A stretch of DNA of 64,000 nt from Erythrobacteraceae bacterium (GTDB taxonomy: Bacteria; Pseudomonadota; Alphaproteobacteria; Sphingomonadales; Sphingomonadaceae). The first letter of the stretch is position 1. The number at the start of each line of letters is the position of its first letter. The notes beneath the pieces were generated by a model. It worked only from the letters and a program-made list of their open reading frames with translations, was not told where the DNA came from and ran no database searches. The stretch covers positions 70-64,069 of the forward strand of contig JAIYAM010000026.1 in assembly GCA_027489065.1 (NCBI GenBank). Reading direction: 5' to 3'. Of this stretch, positions 39,325 through 50,313 are shown in pieces. The position numbers and the translations under genes are program-made.

Positions 39325-42300
39325 TTAACTTCTCCTTCGAGTAGGGTCAGATGAACAGAACGTCGGCGCATCAGCAGATAAGCTGCCGGGATGACGAGCA
39401 TCGAAAGCAGCGGAGCGGTGAGCATGCCGCCGACCATGGGTGCAGCGATGCGGCTCATCACTTCTGACCCGGTGCCGCTCCCGATCAGGACCGGCAGAAG
39501 GCCTGCGAGGATCACCGCAACCGTCATCGCCTTCGGCCGCACCCGGAGCAATGCGCCTTCGCGCACCGCGTGAGCAACATCGCCAGACGCAGGCGCCTCG
39601 AGTGCCTGTTTCAGGTAGATCAGCATCACCACTCCGAACTCTGCCGCAACGCCGGCGAGTGCGATGAAGCCCACTGAAGTTGCAACTGACTGGTTGTAGC
39701 CGAGCCAGTAGAGCATCCACAGCCCTCCGGTGAGTGCAAAGGGGAGCGTGACCATAATCAACAGCGCCTCGTCCCAACGGCGGAACGTGAGGTAGAGCAA
39801 AGCAAAAATGATTGCGAGCGTGACGGGGATGACCAGCTTCATTCGCTCTTTGGCGCGGACCAGAAATTCATACTGGCCAGTGTACGATACGCTGACACCT
39901 GGCGGCAAGGTGACCTTCGTGGTCAAGGCTCGGTTGATGTCTCCCACCAGCTGCTGCATGTCGCTCTGGGTCCCATCGACATAGATCCAGGTGACCGGCC
40001 GGCCGTTTTCGCTACGCAACATTGGCGGTCCATCGCTTATTCGCAAAGCTGCAACTGTGCCGAGCGTGATTTGCTGGCCTGAGGGAGTAAGCACCGGGAG
40101 ATCCATGAGCTTTTCGACACTGTCGCGCATTTCGCGCGGATAGCGTACACTGATGGGGTAACGAGCAAGCCCTTCGACCGTCTGACCGATGGTCTCGCCG
40201 CCAATTGCTCCCGAAACCACGGCATGAACGTCTGCGACATTAAGGCCGAAACGCGCAGCGGCGGCGCGGTTGACATCGATATCAATATAGCGCCCGCCAG
40301 AAAGCCGTTCTGCGATCGCAGATGAGACACCCGGCACGCCCTTTACCACCGTCTCGATGCGCTTTGCGGCTTGGTCGATCTCCGTGAGGTTCGATCCGGC
40401 AACCTTGATCCCGATCGGGCTCTTGATCCCGGTGGCCAGCATGTCGATGCGGTTACGGATCGGCGGAATCCAGAAGTTTGCAAGGCCTGGCACTTTTACC
40501 CTCGCATCAAGTTCATCGCGAAGTTTTTCAGGGGTCATGCCTGCTCGCCACTTGTCGCGGGATTTGAAACGGATCGTCGTCTCGAACATTTCGAGCGGGG
40601 CAGGGTCGGTTGCGCTGTCAGCACGGCCGGCCTTTCCAAAAACACTCTCAACCTCGGGCACGGTCTTGATCAGCCGGTTGGTCTGCTGGAGCAAACGGCC
40701 AGCCTCAGCTGCCGAAAGGCCGGGCAGTGCCGAGGGCATATAGAGAAGGTCGCCCTCGTCCATTTGTGGCAGAAACTCGGCTCCAATACGAGAAGCCGGC
40801 CAAATGCTGGTGGCGAAAACCAGCATGGCGATCAGCAAGGTCTGTTTCGGGCGCCTGAGCACCCAGTCGATCAGGGGGCGGTACATGCGGGCAAGAAAAC
40901 GGTTAAGCGGATTTTCCTCCTCGCTCGGGATCCTGCCTTTGATGAGCAGGCCCATCAGCACCGGAACCAGCGTGATCGACAGTATCGCCGCGGCGGCCAT
41001 GGCATAGGTTTTTGTGAAAGCAAGCGGCGCGAACAGGCGGCCTTCCTGGCCTTGCAGCGCGAAGATCGGCAAGAACGAGAATGTGATGATGAGGAGGCTG
41101 AGGAACAGCGCGGGACCAACCTCGCTGGCTGCCGTGGTAATCAGCGCCCAACGCGTGGTCGTGTCAGGCTCTGTGTCCTCGTGCTCGTGACGCCAGTGCT
41201 CAAGATGCTTGTGCGCGTTCTCGATCATCACGACCGCGGCATCGACCATCGCGCCGATCGCGATGGCAAGGCCGCCCAATGACAGGATATTGGCATTGAG
41301 GCCCTGCAAGCGCATCACCATGACCGCCATCAAAATGCCCAGCGGAAGCGTGAGGATCGCTACCAGCGCGGAGCGCGCGTGCCAGAGAAACAGCGCGCAG
41401 ATCAAACCGACAACAATAAACTCCTCAATCAGCTTCGCAGTCAGGTTTTCGATTGCGCGGTCGATCAGGCCAGAACGATCATAGGTGGTAACCACTTCGA
41501 CGCCCGGAGGCAGACTCTTTGTGAGCTCGTCGAGTTTGCTGCGAACACCTTTGATCACATCGCGCGCATTCTGGCCCTGACGCATGACAATCACGCCCCC
41601 GGCGACTTCGCCCTCGCCATTGAGTTCCGCAATTCCGCGCCGCATTTCAGGCCCAAGCTGGACGATGGCGACATTATCCACGGTCACCGGTACGCCGGAA
41701 GCGGCGGTGCGGATCGGCACGGCGCGGAAATCCTCGATCGATCTGAGGTAGCCGCTTGCACGCACCGTATACTCTGCGCCCGCCAGCTCGATGCTCGATC
41801 CGCCAGTTTCCTGATTGGCCCGCTTCAGAGCTTCAACGACATCCTCACTTGTCACCCCAAAGGCGGCAAGCTTAATTGGATCGAGCACGACCTGATACTG
41901 CTTCACCATACCGCCGATACTGGCGACCTCGGCAACACCCGGTACGGTCTTCAGTTCGTACCGAAGAAACCAGTCCTGCAGTGACCGGAGTTGCGACAAA
42001 TCGTGCCGCCCCGTCTTGTCAATGAGCGCGTATTCATAGACCCAGCCCACCCCTGTTGCGTCCGGACCGAGAGATGCGCTTGCGCCTTCCGGTAGACGAC
42101 TTTGCACCTGGCTGAGATATTCGAGTACGCGGCTGCGCGCCCAGTAAAGATCGGTCCCGTCATCGAAGAGGACGTAGACGAAACTGTCGCCGGTGAATGA
42201 ATAGCCGCGCACCACCCGCGCGCCGGGCACCGAGAGCATGGTCGAGGCGACGGGCGTGGTGACCTGATTTTCGATGATCTGTGGGGCCTGCCCCGGCCAT

Positions 42301-42455
42301 GATGTTCGGATGATGACTTGCACATCGGACAGGTCGGGCAGGGCGTCGACCGGTGTGTTGCGCAGTGATACAATTCCCGCGACGGCCAGAACGAGCGCGG
42401 CGGCGATAATTATGCGGCGCCGCTTGATCGCGGCACGGATGATCGCGGCAATCAC
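39321..42455 (-). CDS. cusA: CusA/SilA-type Cu(I)/Ag(I) RND pump
   Basis: [35 protein letters not shown], Met triad contexts LLYMP, LEMFET and IDMLATG. Confidence 0.93.
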   Translation of the reverse strand: MIAAIIRAAIKRRRIIIAAALVLAVAGIVSLRNTPVDALPDLSDVQVIIRTSWPGQAPQIIENQVTTPVASTMLSVPGARVVRGYSFTGDSFVYVLFDDGTDLYWARSRVLEYLSQVQSRLPEGASASLGPDATGVGWVYEYALIDKTGRHDLSQLRSLQDWFLRYELKTVPGVAEVASIGGMVKQYQVVLDPIKLAAFGVTSEDVVEALKRANQETGGSSIELAGAEYTVRASGYLRSIEDFRAVPIRTAASGVPVTVDNVAIVQLGPEMRRGIAELNGEGEVAGGVIVMRQGQNARDVIKGVRSKLDELTKSLPPGVEVVTTYDRSGLIDRAIENLTAKLIEEFIVVGLICALFLWHARSALVAILTLPLGILMAVMVMRLQGLNANILSLGGLAIAIGAMVDAAVVMIENAHKHLEHWRHEHEDTEPDTTTRWALITTAASEVGPALFLSLLIITFSFLPIFALQGQEGRLFAPLAFTKTYAMAAAAILSITLVPVLMGLLIKGRIPSEEENPLNRFLARMYRPLIDWVLRRPKQTLLIAMLVFATSIWPASRIGAEFLPQMDEGDLLYMPSALPGLSAAEAGRLLQQTNRLIKTVPEVESVFGKAGRADSATDPAPLEMFETTIRFKSRDKWRAGMTPEKLRDELDARVKVPGLANFWIPPIRNRIDMLATGIKSPIGIKVAGSNLTEIDQAAKRIETVVKGVPGVSSAIAERLSGGRYIDIDVNRAAAARFGLNVADVHAVVSGAIGGETIGQTVEGLARYPISVRYPREMRDSVEKLMDLPVLTPSGQQITLGTVAALRISDGPPMLRSENGRPVTWIYVDGTQSDMQQLVGDINRALTTKVTLPPGVSVSYTGQYEFLVRAKERMKLVIPVTLAIIFALLYLTFRRWDEALLIMVTLPFALTGGLWMLYWLGYNQSVATSVGFIALAGVAAEFGVVMLIYLKQALEAPASGDVAHAVREGALLRVRPKAMTVAVILAGLLPVLIGSGTGSEVMSRIAAPMVGGMLTAPLLSMLVIPAAYLLMRRRSVHLTLLEGEVK

Positions 42456-43684
42456 TGCTTATCTCCAATGGGTCTGGCAGAGACACCAGCGAGACTTGCT
42501 TCGGAATCGAGCAGGAATTGACCCGAGACTACGACCTTTTCGCCAGCGGACAGTCCTGCAACAATTTCTGTCTTGTCGCCGCTCTCCCGCCCGGTACGAA
42601 CTTCAGCGGGGCGGTACCGGCCATCGGGAAGGGCCAGCATGATGAGCGTTCGCGCACCGGTGCGGATCAGAGCGTCTCTCGGGACAAGCAACGCGGACCT
42701 GTTGTCTCCGTCAAAACTGACACTTGCGAACATGCCTGGGCGCAGGCGTCCCCCACGATTGGCAAGCTCGATCCGCACGGTCATCGTGCGGCTGTCGGGC
42801 TGCGTGATCGGCAGGATCGCTGTGACCTTGCCGGTGAAGCTCTCACCAGGGAAGGCGCTGAGTGCTATCCTTGCTCCTTGACCAATACGGATGAGGTTCG
42901 CCTGCGCTTCCGGCACTGCGGCATTAAGCCACACTGTCCTGATCCCGCTTATCTGTGCAAGGCTCTGCCCTGCCGCGACCGTCATTCCCTCACGCACGTC
43001 AAGCGCCTGTATCGCACCAGCAATTGGTGCGCGAATAGTCACAGTCCCGTTGGTTCGGCCGGTTCGCTCGACCTCATTGATCAGTGCATCTGACATGCCC
43101 ATGAGCTTCAGACGCTGCCTGGCTGCGTGGGCGAGGTCTTCCTGCCCGAGCCGCTTGACTGCCAGAAACTCGCCTTGCGCGCCGCCCCATTCGGGTAACT
43201 GGAGATCGGCAATCGGTGCGCCCGCACCGATCACATCGCCCGCGGCACGGGCGTTGACGCGGGTGACAAAGCCGCTCGAACGCGACTGGACAATAGCAAT
43301 ATCGCGCTGATTGAAATCGATCGTGCCTGTAACCGTCAGGCCCGATGGGAGAGAGCCAAATGTCACCGTTGCGACGCGCATTCCGAGACTTTGTCTCGCA
43401 GCGGCATCCACGCGCACACCTGGCCCTGCGTCCGGAACTTCATCGGCATATTTCGGGATGGTCTTCATTCCCATCGAAGAGAGCGAGTTGGGATTGTCGT
43501 AGCGTTCGGTCGGCACCATGGGATCGTACCAGTAGAGGATCTTGCGGCCGTTCTGCGCCGCGCTCGTATCACTGCGTTGTGAGGGGTCACGCTTCCCTAA
43601 CCAGAACCCGCCAACGCCAGCAACGGATGCAACTGCCAGACATGCCGCAGCCCATCGCGCGGTATTTTTCAGGTTCATTGTCAT
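42452..43684 (-). CDS. cusB: CusB-type membrane-fusion protein
   Basis: YWYDPMVP...SSMGM heavy-metal binding N-terminus, [19 protein letters not shown]. Confidence 0.9.
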   Translation of the reverse strand: MTMNLKNTARWAAACLAVASVAGVGGFWLGKRDPSQRSDTSAAQNGRKILYWYDPMVPTERYDNPNSLSSMGMKTIPKYADEVPDAGPGVRVDAAARQSLGMRVATVTFGSLPSGLTVTGTIDFNQRDIAIVQSRSSGFVTRVNARAAGDVIGAGAPIADLQLPEWGGAQGEFLAVKRLGQEDLAHAARQRLKLMGMSDALINEVERTGRTNGTVTIRAPIAGAIQALDVREGMTVAAGQSLAQISGIRTVWLNAAVPEAQANLIRIGQGARIALSAFPGESFTGKVTAILPITQPDSRTMTVRIELANRGGRLRPGMFASVSFDGDNRSALLVPRDALIRTGARTLIMLALPDGRYRPAEVRTGRESGDKTEIVAGLSAGEKVVVSGQFLLDSEASLAGVSARPIGDKQ

Positions 43685-44922
43685 GGCTTGACTCCTCGAT
43701 AGGTGTAGCTGATCCGCACAGCGTCGCGGGCCGCGTCGGCTTCGCGCGCCAGCGCGTCGACTTCTGCTTCTGCGAGAGCAAGCGATGACAAGAGCGCGCT
43801 GCCCAGGTCGAGCCTGCCAGCCGCATAGCTCGCCAGGTCGAGCTCAGCCCGGCGCTTGGCGAGTGGGACCAGCACCTTTTGTGCGTTCGCCACAAGCTCA
43901 ACATGCATGGCATGAGTTGCAAGGTCGGTTTCGAGTGACGCGAGGATTTCTCGCTCTGCGGCGACCCGCGTCAGATGCGCCCGCGTCTCGCCGAGAAGGC
44001 TGGCAGCGATTCTGGGGTTCTGCCGACGCTTGGCGAACAGCGGCAGATCTATACTCACACCGACCGAGACCATGTCGCCGAAGGCCGGGTCACGGCGACC
44101 GTAGCTTGCGCCAATCCGCCAGTCGGGATGCTTGTCAGCACGGGCGAGCCCGGTATCGGCTTCGGCGCCGGTGATCCCGGCATCTAGCGCCTTCAGGCGT
44201 GGAAGCAACGAGATATCTTTAGTCAACGCATTGCGGTCTATGGCGAAAACAGGAGGATCGCCCATGACATCGGCAGTAGGGTCACCAGTAAAGCGGACCA
44301 GCTGGGCGCGTGCGCGCGAGACCTCTGCGGCCAGTTCACTGCGCCGATCATTGACGGCGGCACGCAACTGCTCGGGTTCCAGCGCCAGGGCTGGACGAGC
44401 AGAGCCTGAAGCCAAGCGGGCAGAGACGGTCGACTGAAGATCGTTCAAAGCTTCGTCGAGTTGCTTCAGCTGTGCCAGTTGCCGCTTGGCGTAATGGAGA
44501 TCGATCCACGCAAGTGCGGTCGCGAGCCGAACATTCTGAGCCTCAATCGCCAGCTCAGCCTCGGCCATGCCAATGTCCGCGATTGCCCGTGTGCGCTGCG
44601 CACTGCGTTTGGCCGGATTGGGAAATGGCTGCTCGATCCCGATCCGCGTCATCGTCATGCTATCTGCAGTAAAGCTATAGGCCGGCGGGCCGGAGACCGG
44701 AAAATTGTCGATACCGAGGTTGAGGCTCGGATCGGGCAAGCGCCCTGCGGCCACCGCCGCATCTCGACTTGCCTCGACGCCGGATACGCCAGCCCGGATC
44801 GATGGTGCATCGCGCGTGGCACGTTCGATTGCCGCCTCGAAGGAGAGCGGTTCGGCAAGCGCCGCACCAGACACTGCCGCGAGAAATGGTGCCAAAAGAG
44901 GTAGGTAATGGATTGTTTGCAT
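43681..44922 (-). CDS. cusC: TolC-family outer-membrane factor of the Cus system
   Basis: LPDP-L-LG..N.P, IEQPFPNPAKR, SIDLPLF; translationally coupled to cusB. Confidence 0.8.
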   Translation of the reverse strand: MQTIHYLPLLAPFLAAVSGAALAEPLSFEAAIERATRDAPSIRAGVSGVEASRDAAVAAGRLPDPSLNLGIDNFPVSGPPAYSFTADSMTMTRIGIEQPFPNPAKRSAQRTRAIADIGMAEAELAIEAQNVRLATALAWIDLHYAKRQLAQLKQLDEALNDLQSTVSARLASGSARPALALEPEQLRAAVNDRRSELAAEVSRARAQLVRFTGDPTADVMGDPPVFAIDRNALTKDISLLPRLKALDAGITGAEADTGLARADKHPDWRIGASYGRRDPAFGDMVSVGVSIDLPLFAKRRQNPRIAASLLGETRAHLTRVAAEREILASLETDLATHAMHVELVANAQKVLVPLAKRRAELDLASYAAGRLDLGSALLSSLALAEAEVDALAREADAARDAVRISYTYRGVKP

Positions 44923-45058
44923 GAAGCTCTCCTCGTGGAGGCTACCGTGCCGATATAGATGGCCGGGCTCGGACTGACGCGGCGCCGACGGAGAAGATAC
45001 CTCCGCCGACGCCGCGTGCCCGGCCAGTCATTTTCTGGTTATCGGCCAGGCAACGGCC

Positions 45059-45325
45059 TTAACCGATTGAGGGAACCCGGGCCTTGCCGGACATGTCCAT
45101 CGTGCATCCCGATGTATCAGCCTTCATCGCGGAGCATTTGCACGCGGCGGCGTTCGCCACGTCATCGCTGATCCATACGCGGACAAGCGCCGGCGTTGTT
45201 GGTCTGGGCCCTAGTTGAGAGCGGGAGCGCCATTCCCAATGGCCGCCTTCAGGCGCATGGGCGGAAGCGGCAGAGACGGGGACTAGAAGCCCTATCGCAG
45301 CGGCGAGCAAAAGTCTTGTCTTCAT
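45059..45325 (-). CDS. Small secreted protein with Cys/Met cluster
   Basis: Signal peptide (ASA-HA), GHWEW, CKCSAM...CTMDM. Confidence 0.6.
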   Translation of the reverse strand: MKTRLLLAAAIGLLVPVSAASAHAPEGGHWEWRSRSQLGPRPTTPALVRVWISDDVANAAACKCSAMKADTSGCTMDMSGKARVPSIG

Positions 45326-45396
45326 GAGTATTTCCTTGCTTGAACGATTTGACCGCGCGCAGGCAAGCAGACGGGCCCGCAGCGCTACACCTCGGC

Positions 45397-45765
45397 TCAG
45401 GCAAGATTTGTAGGCGGCTCGGGCTCAGGACCGATAATGCGACCTGTTAACGTGGCGACAGGCCTTCGCGCTGGAATCCAGGCGTGAAACAACATCGGCT
45501 CTGTGATCGGCAGCAAAGGAACCAGAGCCACCGGCACAGCGCAGCCCATCTTCGCAACGCATTCGGGCGTCATGCCTTCACAGGGCTTTTCGGGCTTATC
45601 CGGTTGAGCGACCCCCATCATCTCGGCGCAAACAGGATCCATCGCGCCAGCATCAGTGTTTTGATTAGCCCAGGTCAGGGGCATGCTGTTCGCGAACGCG
45701 GTTTCCTGGCCCAGGAGACCCACCAACGCTCCGACAAGCATTATCAAGGAGAAAAGCCGCCTCAC
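45397..45765 (-). CDS. Small Cys/Met-rich leader-type protein upstream of cusCBA
   Basis: Hydrophobic N-terminus, CAEMM...C..M..EC..KMGC, Pro-rich end GPEPEPPT; TTGACA-N17-GATTAT lies 6 nt before the GTG. Confidence 0.6.
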   Translation of the reverse strand: MRRLFSLIMLVGALVGLLGQETAFANSMPLTWANQNTDAGAMDPVCAEMMGVAQPDKPEKPCEGMTPECVAKMGCAVPVALVPLLPITEPMLFHAWIPARRPVATLTGRIIGPEPEPPTNLA

Positions 45766-45908
45766 ACGTTTATAATCGGCGTGGATGCGAAACGTGTCAA
45801 ATCTATTCGATCTCTTCTCTCAGTTTACGAGTTAAAGCCGCACATCCTTCTCCGGGCTGCTCACCTCTGCTTTGGCCGGCGGGAGGCCCTGCGATCAGCA
45901 CCATCTGC

Positions 45909-46637
45909 TCAATGATGGTCGTACAGCCCACGATTACGGATGTTGTTCCAACTGTCGGTGGTGTGGCATGCAACACATTGATTGACCGGAGCGCGTTCCC
46001 TCGCAACGCGCTGAGAGACCATCTCGAAGTGCATCATGAAGTGACTGGGCGGTGCCTTGTGGCACCCGGCGCACTGGCGTGAGTTGACAGATGGGTGCCT
46101 GAAGGCGTCGATCTTCCAGTCGACCACAGCATGGCAATTCTGGCAGTCCTTGCCGAACGAACCTTGATGCCGATCGCGCGCCGCATGGCAGCTTACGCAA
46201 TTGAGCGCGTCCGTGGTCTCTGGATGTGTTTTCGAGATGCGTGCATCTCGGGGCCGAAGCGGACCGCGCCAAAGGTCTGGATCGAGCAAGGCCTCATGAT
46301 CCATGCGAGCAAGGCTCGCGCCCCCGTCATGTTCAACATGACAGCTTGTGCAGTCTTTCGCTTTGGCATGAAAACGGGTCGACGCCTTGGTCCCGAAATC
46401 GGTTTGGATGTGGCAGGTGATGCATTTCTGCGCCTCAACGCCTTGGTGCGGTGTGTGGCAGGTTTCGCAATTGCGCCGAAGCGAGGCGTGAGCGGGCGAC
46501 AAAGGTCCAGGTTCAATCAGCGCGGTCCAACCTGCAATCGCGCGGCTTCCAGCGGAATGGGTCGTCAGCGGGACGATGACGACGAGCATCGCCAGTACGA
46601 GGGCATACATGCCGTAGAGGAGGCGCGCGCCATTCAC
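45909..46637 (-). CDS. Membrane-anchored multiheme cytochrome c (7 CxxCH motifs)
   Basis: CETCH, CITCH, CTSCH, CVSCH, CQNCH, CAGCH, CVACH; N-terminal TM anchor; GTG start overlaps the upstream stop (GTGA). Confidence 0.88.
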   Translation of the reverse strand: MNGARLLYGMYALVLAMLVVIVPLTTHSAGSRAIAGWTALIEPGPLSPAHASLRRNCETCHTPHQGVEAQKCITCHIQTDFGTKASTRFHAKAKDCTSCHVEHDGGASLARMDHEALLDPDLWRGPLRPRDARISKTHPETTDALNCVSCHAARDRHQGSFGKDCQNCHAVVDWKIDAFRHPSVNSRQCAGCHKAPPSHFMMHFEMVSQRVARERAPVNQCVACHTTDSWNNIRNRGLYDHH

Positions 46638-47362
46638 AGCCACCGAAACCCGAAATAATAGCCAGCCCAGATGTGGAGCAGCAGCAGCGCATAGAGAAGT
46701 GTGCTGGTGACGACATGGATCGCTCGCCATCCCCCAAACAGGCCGGCAGCCGCGCGTTCGGCGCGCACGGCGTATTCGGCATCGGCAAGAGCCTCGGCAC
46801 GTCGTCTGGCATCAGCGATATCGGTGAGCTCGAATTCGTCGGCCGGGGCGAACAAGAACCGCCAACCTTTGCTTTTCGCTCGACCTTCGCCTGCAATGGG
46901 CACGGCACTTGCAAGATCCGCGTCGAGTCGCAAGCGGAGCGCTGCAAGTTCGGATGTGCGGGCGCGGACGGCTCTTGTGATCTGGACCAGGAAATAACGA
47001 CCGACAAACCCGCTCCAGACGACCAGTATGACAGTGCCGGTCAGTGCGATGCCGAGCGGGCTCTCGAACTTGTGTGCCGCGTGGACAAGTGCGAGGATTG
47101 GCCCCGCCACACCCGCATAGATGTGTATCGCCAGCAAAGTCCGCTTCTCGATCCTATGATCGAGCCATCGTCCAAAACGCCCAATACGCCGAGCTGCGAC
47201 ATGGACGAGAGGAAGGAGCATCAGTACCGCAGCCGCGATCCCGATCAAGCTTCCCGCCAGACTGCCGGGAAAGCGCGGCGACGCGTGAACCACGAAACCG
47301 AGTGGAAAGAGAAGCACGAAGGCTGCCGCCAAGGTCATCAAGATGTCGCCGCGCTCGCGCAT
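46634..47362 (-). CDS. Ferric-reductase-like transmembrane di-heme b protein
   Basis: Several TM segments with two H-x13-H pairs (HIYAGVAGPILALVH and HVVTSTLLYALLLLH); ATG overlaps the upstream TGA. Confidence 0.75.
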   Translation of the reverse strand: MRERGDILMTLAAAFVLLFPLGFVVHASPRFPGSLAGSLIGIAAAVLMLLPLVHVAARRIGRFGRWLDHRIEKRTLLAIHIYAGVAGPILALVHAAHKFESPLGIALTGTVILVVWSGFVGRYFLVQITRAVRARTSELAALRLRLDADLASAVPIAGEGRAKSKGWRFLFAPADEFELTDIADARRRAEALADAEYAVRAERAAAGLFGGWRAIHVVTSTLLYALLLLHIWAGYYFGFRWL

Positions 47363-49278
47363 CAGGCTTCCACCACCAAAGGGCCTCGGGTGCAACGTGC
47401 CTGACAGGCGAGCACATAGCCTTGTGCCCTGTCGTCGGGGTCGAGACCGGTCTCGGTCTCCATCGCGATTTCCCCTGCTAGCAGGCGGGTAACGCAAACC
47501 CCGCATTCGCCGACCCGGCACGAATAGGGGATCTCAACACCGGCTGTTTCGGCAGCCTCGAGGATCGTCTCGTCGGTGTGGAGTGGCGCCGAAACGCCGG
47601 CTACCGAGAAGGTTACCGTAGTTGCCGCCAACCGTGCACGGGCCGACGCAGCGGGCGGGGGGACCGCATGCGCGGCACTCTGCTCGCCAGGTTCGTCGAT
47701 TGGCAGCGAAGCGGGTCCGAACGCCTCGCTGAATATCTGCGCCTCGGGCACCCCGATCTGCATCAGGATTTCGCGCATGGCGGCCATCATTGGCGGTGGC
47801 CCGCACAGATGGACGCGCCGTCCGACGATTTCGGGAACCGCGCTTTCAAGCAACTCGCGGGTGATGTGTCCTTTGGGTCCATGCCAGACCGTTCCCGGCG
47901 ATCGTTCCATCGATGCAAAAACACTGAGATTGGGGTGGCGGCGCTCGAGCTGTTCGATCTCCTCCCGGAAGACAAATTCGTCGGTCGAGCGGGCTGCGAA
48001 GACGAAGAAAATCTCGCCGGGCCAGGCCGTATCGGTCAGGAAGCGCAGTACTGACATCATCGGCGTGATGCCGACGCCGCCGGCAATCAGAACGATGCTC
48101 TCAGCTTCGCTCCCGGTGAAGGTGAAACGGCCGAATGGTCCTGCAATTTGAACCAGGTCGCCGGTCGTGACGCTATCGTGCAGATGGCGTGAGACAGCGC
48201 CCTGCGTCTCGCGCTTGATGGTCAATTCAACATAGGCGCGCTGCGTCGGTGAAGAGGCGATCGTGTATGACCGCTTGGCTTTGGTGCCGTCCTCCTTCAA
48301 TACTTCGATTTGCAGGAACTGGCCGGGCAGGAACTCGAAAGGAAGCTGATCGGAGCCTGGGAGCACCAAGCGGAAGGTCTTGACTGTCGGCGTTTCGTTG
48401 AAGATCTGGGCGACGCGCAGCTCGCCGCTCCAGGGGCGAGGTTTGCCCGTGGGGGCAAGACCAGACAAATCCGGTTGGCGTGTCGGCCAGACTGCAGGGC
48501 TCGAGATGCGCTGGCTGGCGGCATCCTGGCCTGGGGCGACCGGTGCCGGGCTCGTCAAGTCGGCTATCGGGCCTGCGTGCGGAACCGGGGCGACAAGTGC
48601 CCTGACTTTCCGTAGCCGCAGCATCTGCAGAGCTAACAGCGCTGCCAATGCGAGCAGGGTGGCCGCCATCAACAGCCAGTGTGCCGGCGCAAGGCCCCAC
48701 AGCCGTCCGGTGATCGAAGCGCTCGCAACGCGGGGTGTGAGCCCGGTCTCCTTGCGAAACCAGTCATTCGCCGCGCTGTCGCTGTTTTTTTGGCCTGCTA
48801 GTACGGCGATCATGGCCGATCCGCTTTCAATAAGTGTCGCTGCCTCGCGAAGCTGGTTGGCCATCTCAATCCCGTCAGGCTGATCCGGACCATGGGCTTT
48901 GCTTGTGATCTCGCTGGCAATGCTCAAGCCGCGGTGGAGTCGCGCATTCGCTTGCGCCGCGGCCTCCTTTCGCGCAGCCTCATCGCGTTCGGGCAGTGCC
49001 AGAAAAGCGGAATAGCTGCTGAACTGCTGGCTCAGCTGACTCTCGCCGCCTGTCATCTGTTTCATCATTTCGGTCATGGGGCTGGCGCGGCTCATGCTGG
49101 ATTGCGCCGGAACGCGAGACTGGGCCACTGTCCTCTCAGCGCTCGTCGACGCGGCTTTGCCTCCGGGATGGTGCGCGGTGTGATTGGCGGCAGATTGTGC
49201 GGCTGCCGCCTGGCCGATGACGGCCGCAGCCGCGATGAGGAGTATCCGCGCCGGGCGTTCTGCGAAAACGAAGTTCAT
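47362..49278 (-). CDS. Membrane-anchored FAD/NAD(P)H oxidoreductase with C-terminal [2Fe-2S] ferredoxin and an exported N-terminal domain
   Basis: RSYTIASS, GGVGITP, CGPPPMM and EAF (FNR family); CRVGECGVC...LAC (plant-type ferredoxin); signal peptide plus one TM followed by RLRKVR. Confidence 0.85.
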   Translation of the reverse strand: MNFVFAERPARILLIAAAAVIGQAAAAQSAANHTAHHPGGKAASTSAERTVAQSRVPAQSSMSRASPMTEMMKQMTGGESQLSQQFSSYSAFLALPERDEAARKEAAAQANARLHRGLSIASEITSKAHGPDQPDGIEMANQLREAATLIESGSAMIAVLAGQKNSDSAANDWFRKETGLTPRVASASITGRLWGLAPAHWLLMAATLLALAALLALQMLRLRKVRALVAPVPHAGPIADLTSPAPVAPGQDAASQRISSPAVWPTRQPDLSGLAPTGKPRPWSGELRVAQIFNETPTVKTFRLVLPGSDQLPFEFLPGQFLQIEVLKEDGTKAKRSYTIASSPTQRAYVELTIKRETQGAVSRHLHDSVTTGDLVQIAGPFGRFTFTGSEAESIVLIAGGVGITPMMSVLRFLTDTAWPGEIFFVFAARSTDEFVFREEIEQLERRHPNLSVFASMERSPGTVWHGPKGHITRELLESAVPEIVGRRVHLCGPPPMMAAMREILMQIGVPEAQIFSEAFGPASLPIDEPGEQSAAHAVPPPAASARARLAATTVTFSVAGVSAPLHTDETILEAAETAGVEIPYSCRVGECGVCVTRLLAGEIAMETETGLDPDDRAQGYVLACQARCTRGPLVVEA

Positions 49279-49304
49279 GTCACCCCATTTGCCGGCCCAA
49301 TTGC

Positions 49305-49646
49305 CTACATGTCGCTCATTGGCATCGGATCCGCCTTGTCCTTGGGCGCAGGCTCGGGAGCGGGCTTGTTCCCCATTCCCTGCATCGCGGGGCCGTGGGT
49401 CCCGTCCGGCCCCATCTGGTCAGCGGGCATAGTTCCATTCTGCATGGAATCGTGCATGGCTTCACCCTCGTTCATCTGATCGTGCATTTCGCGGGCAACT
49501 TCTGACGGGTTGTCTTCCGGAATGCTGGTATCGGTGTTGGGTGCAGCGACATTGTCGGCCTCTGACGCCGGGCTACAGGCACCCAGCGCTGCGGTAATCA
49601 CGAGTGCCGATACAATCGGGGTCCATTTGGGGCTGAGCAAAGTCAT
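49305..49646 (-). CDS. Met/His-rich lipoprotein, putative metal-binding
   Basis: Lipobox LGAC; MHDQMNEGEAMHDSMQNGTM...MPMSDM. Confidence 0.7.
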   Translation of the reverse strand: MTLLSPKWTPIVSALVITAALGACSPASEADNVAAPNTDTSIPEDNPSEVAREMHDQMNEGEAMHDSMQNGTMPADQMGPDGTHGPAMQGMGNKPAPEPAPKDKADPMPMSDM

Positions 49647-49732
49647 GATCGTTCCTTTCTTCTGAATGGGATTTCGCCGTTAAGCAGCGCTGGCTGACCA
49701 AGACCGTGCGCGGGAGACGCCTTGCGGCGAGG

Positions 49733-50191
49733 TTAGCCAGCAACCTGCTGATGGGGGTTTTCGGATCTCTGCCTGAGCTGGCGACGGGAATGCGGATGGG
49801 CGATATACCCGAGGATCGGGCAGTCACTGACAGGCACATCCACAGGACAATCCGCGACAAGTTGAGCAAGAGCTCGTTTAATTGTTCGGAGCTGCGAAAG
49901 CTTGTCTGACAGGCTGCGGATCTTCTTTTCTGTCAGTTCGACAACCTCGGCAGCAGACTTGGCCTGAGAGTGCCGCAACGATAACAGCAGCACGATCTCG
50001 CTCAGGGTAAACCCGAGCAGCTGCGCGGTCTTGATGAAGTTGACCCGTTCGACATCGTCGCGCCCATAGATGCGATAGCCGGAGGCCGTCCGGTCGGGTT
50101 CGGGCAAAAGACCAGAGCGCTCATAATAGCGAATGGTATCGCGCCGCACGCCACATGCTGAAGCCAGCGCCCCGATGGTGTAACCTTGCAT
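49733..50191 (-). CDS. MerR-family regulator, two-Cys (monovalent-type) site
   Basis: YTIGALA...DTIRYYERSGLL; Ala rather than Cys at the helix-5 position (KSAAEV); C-x8-C loop (CPVDVPVSDC). Confidence 0.88.
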   Translation of the reverse strand: MQGYTIGALASACGVRRDTIRYYERSGLLPEPDRTASGYRIYGRDDVERVNFIKTAQLLGFTLSEIVLLLSLRHSQAKSAAEVVELTEKKIRSLSDKLSQLRTIKRALAQLVADCPVDVPVSDCPILGYIAHPHSRRQLRQRSENPHQQVAG

Positions 50192-50273
50192 TTGCGGCTC
50201 CTTTCAGATGGGTTCGCTTGTTCCCAGATCCGTTGGCATCGTCTCTTTGGGGCCATGCATCCATCTTGGGCTG

Positions 50274-50308
50274 GAGCGGGGCAGCCGCCGGCCTGCGCTG
50301 CCCCGCTC
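50274..50308 (-). repeat. 12-bp perfect inverted repeat downstream of the 50314-50664 gene
   Basis: GAGCGGGGCAGC-N11-GCTGCCCCGCTC, with no U tract on the minus strand. Confidence 0.7.
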
Positions 50309-50313
50309 ACTGC

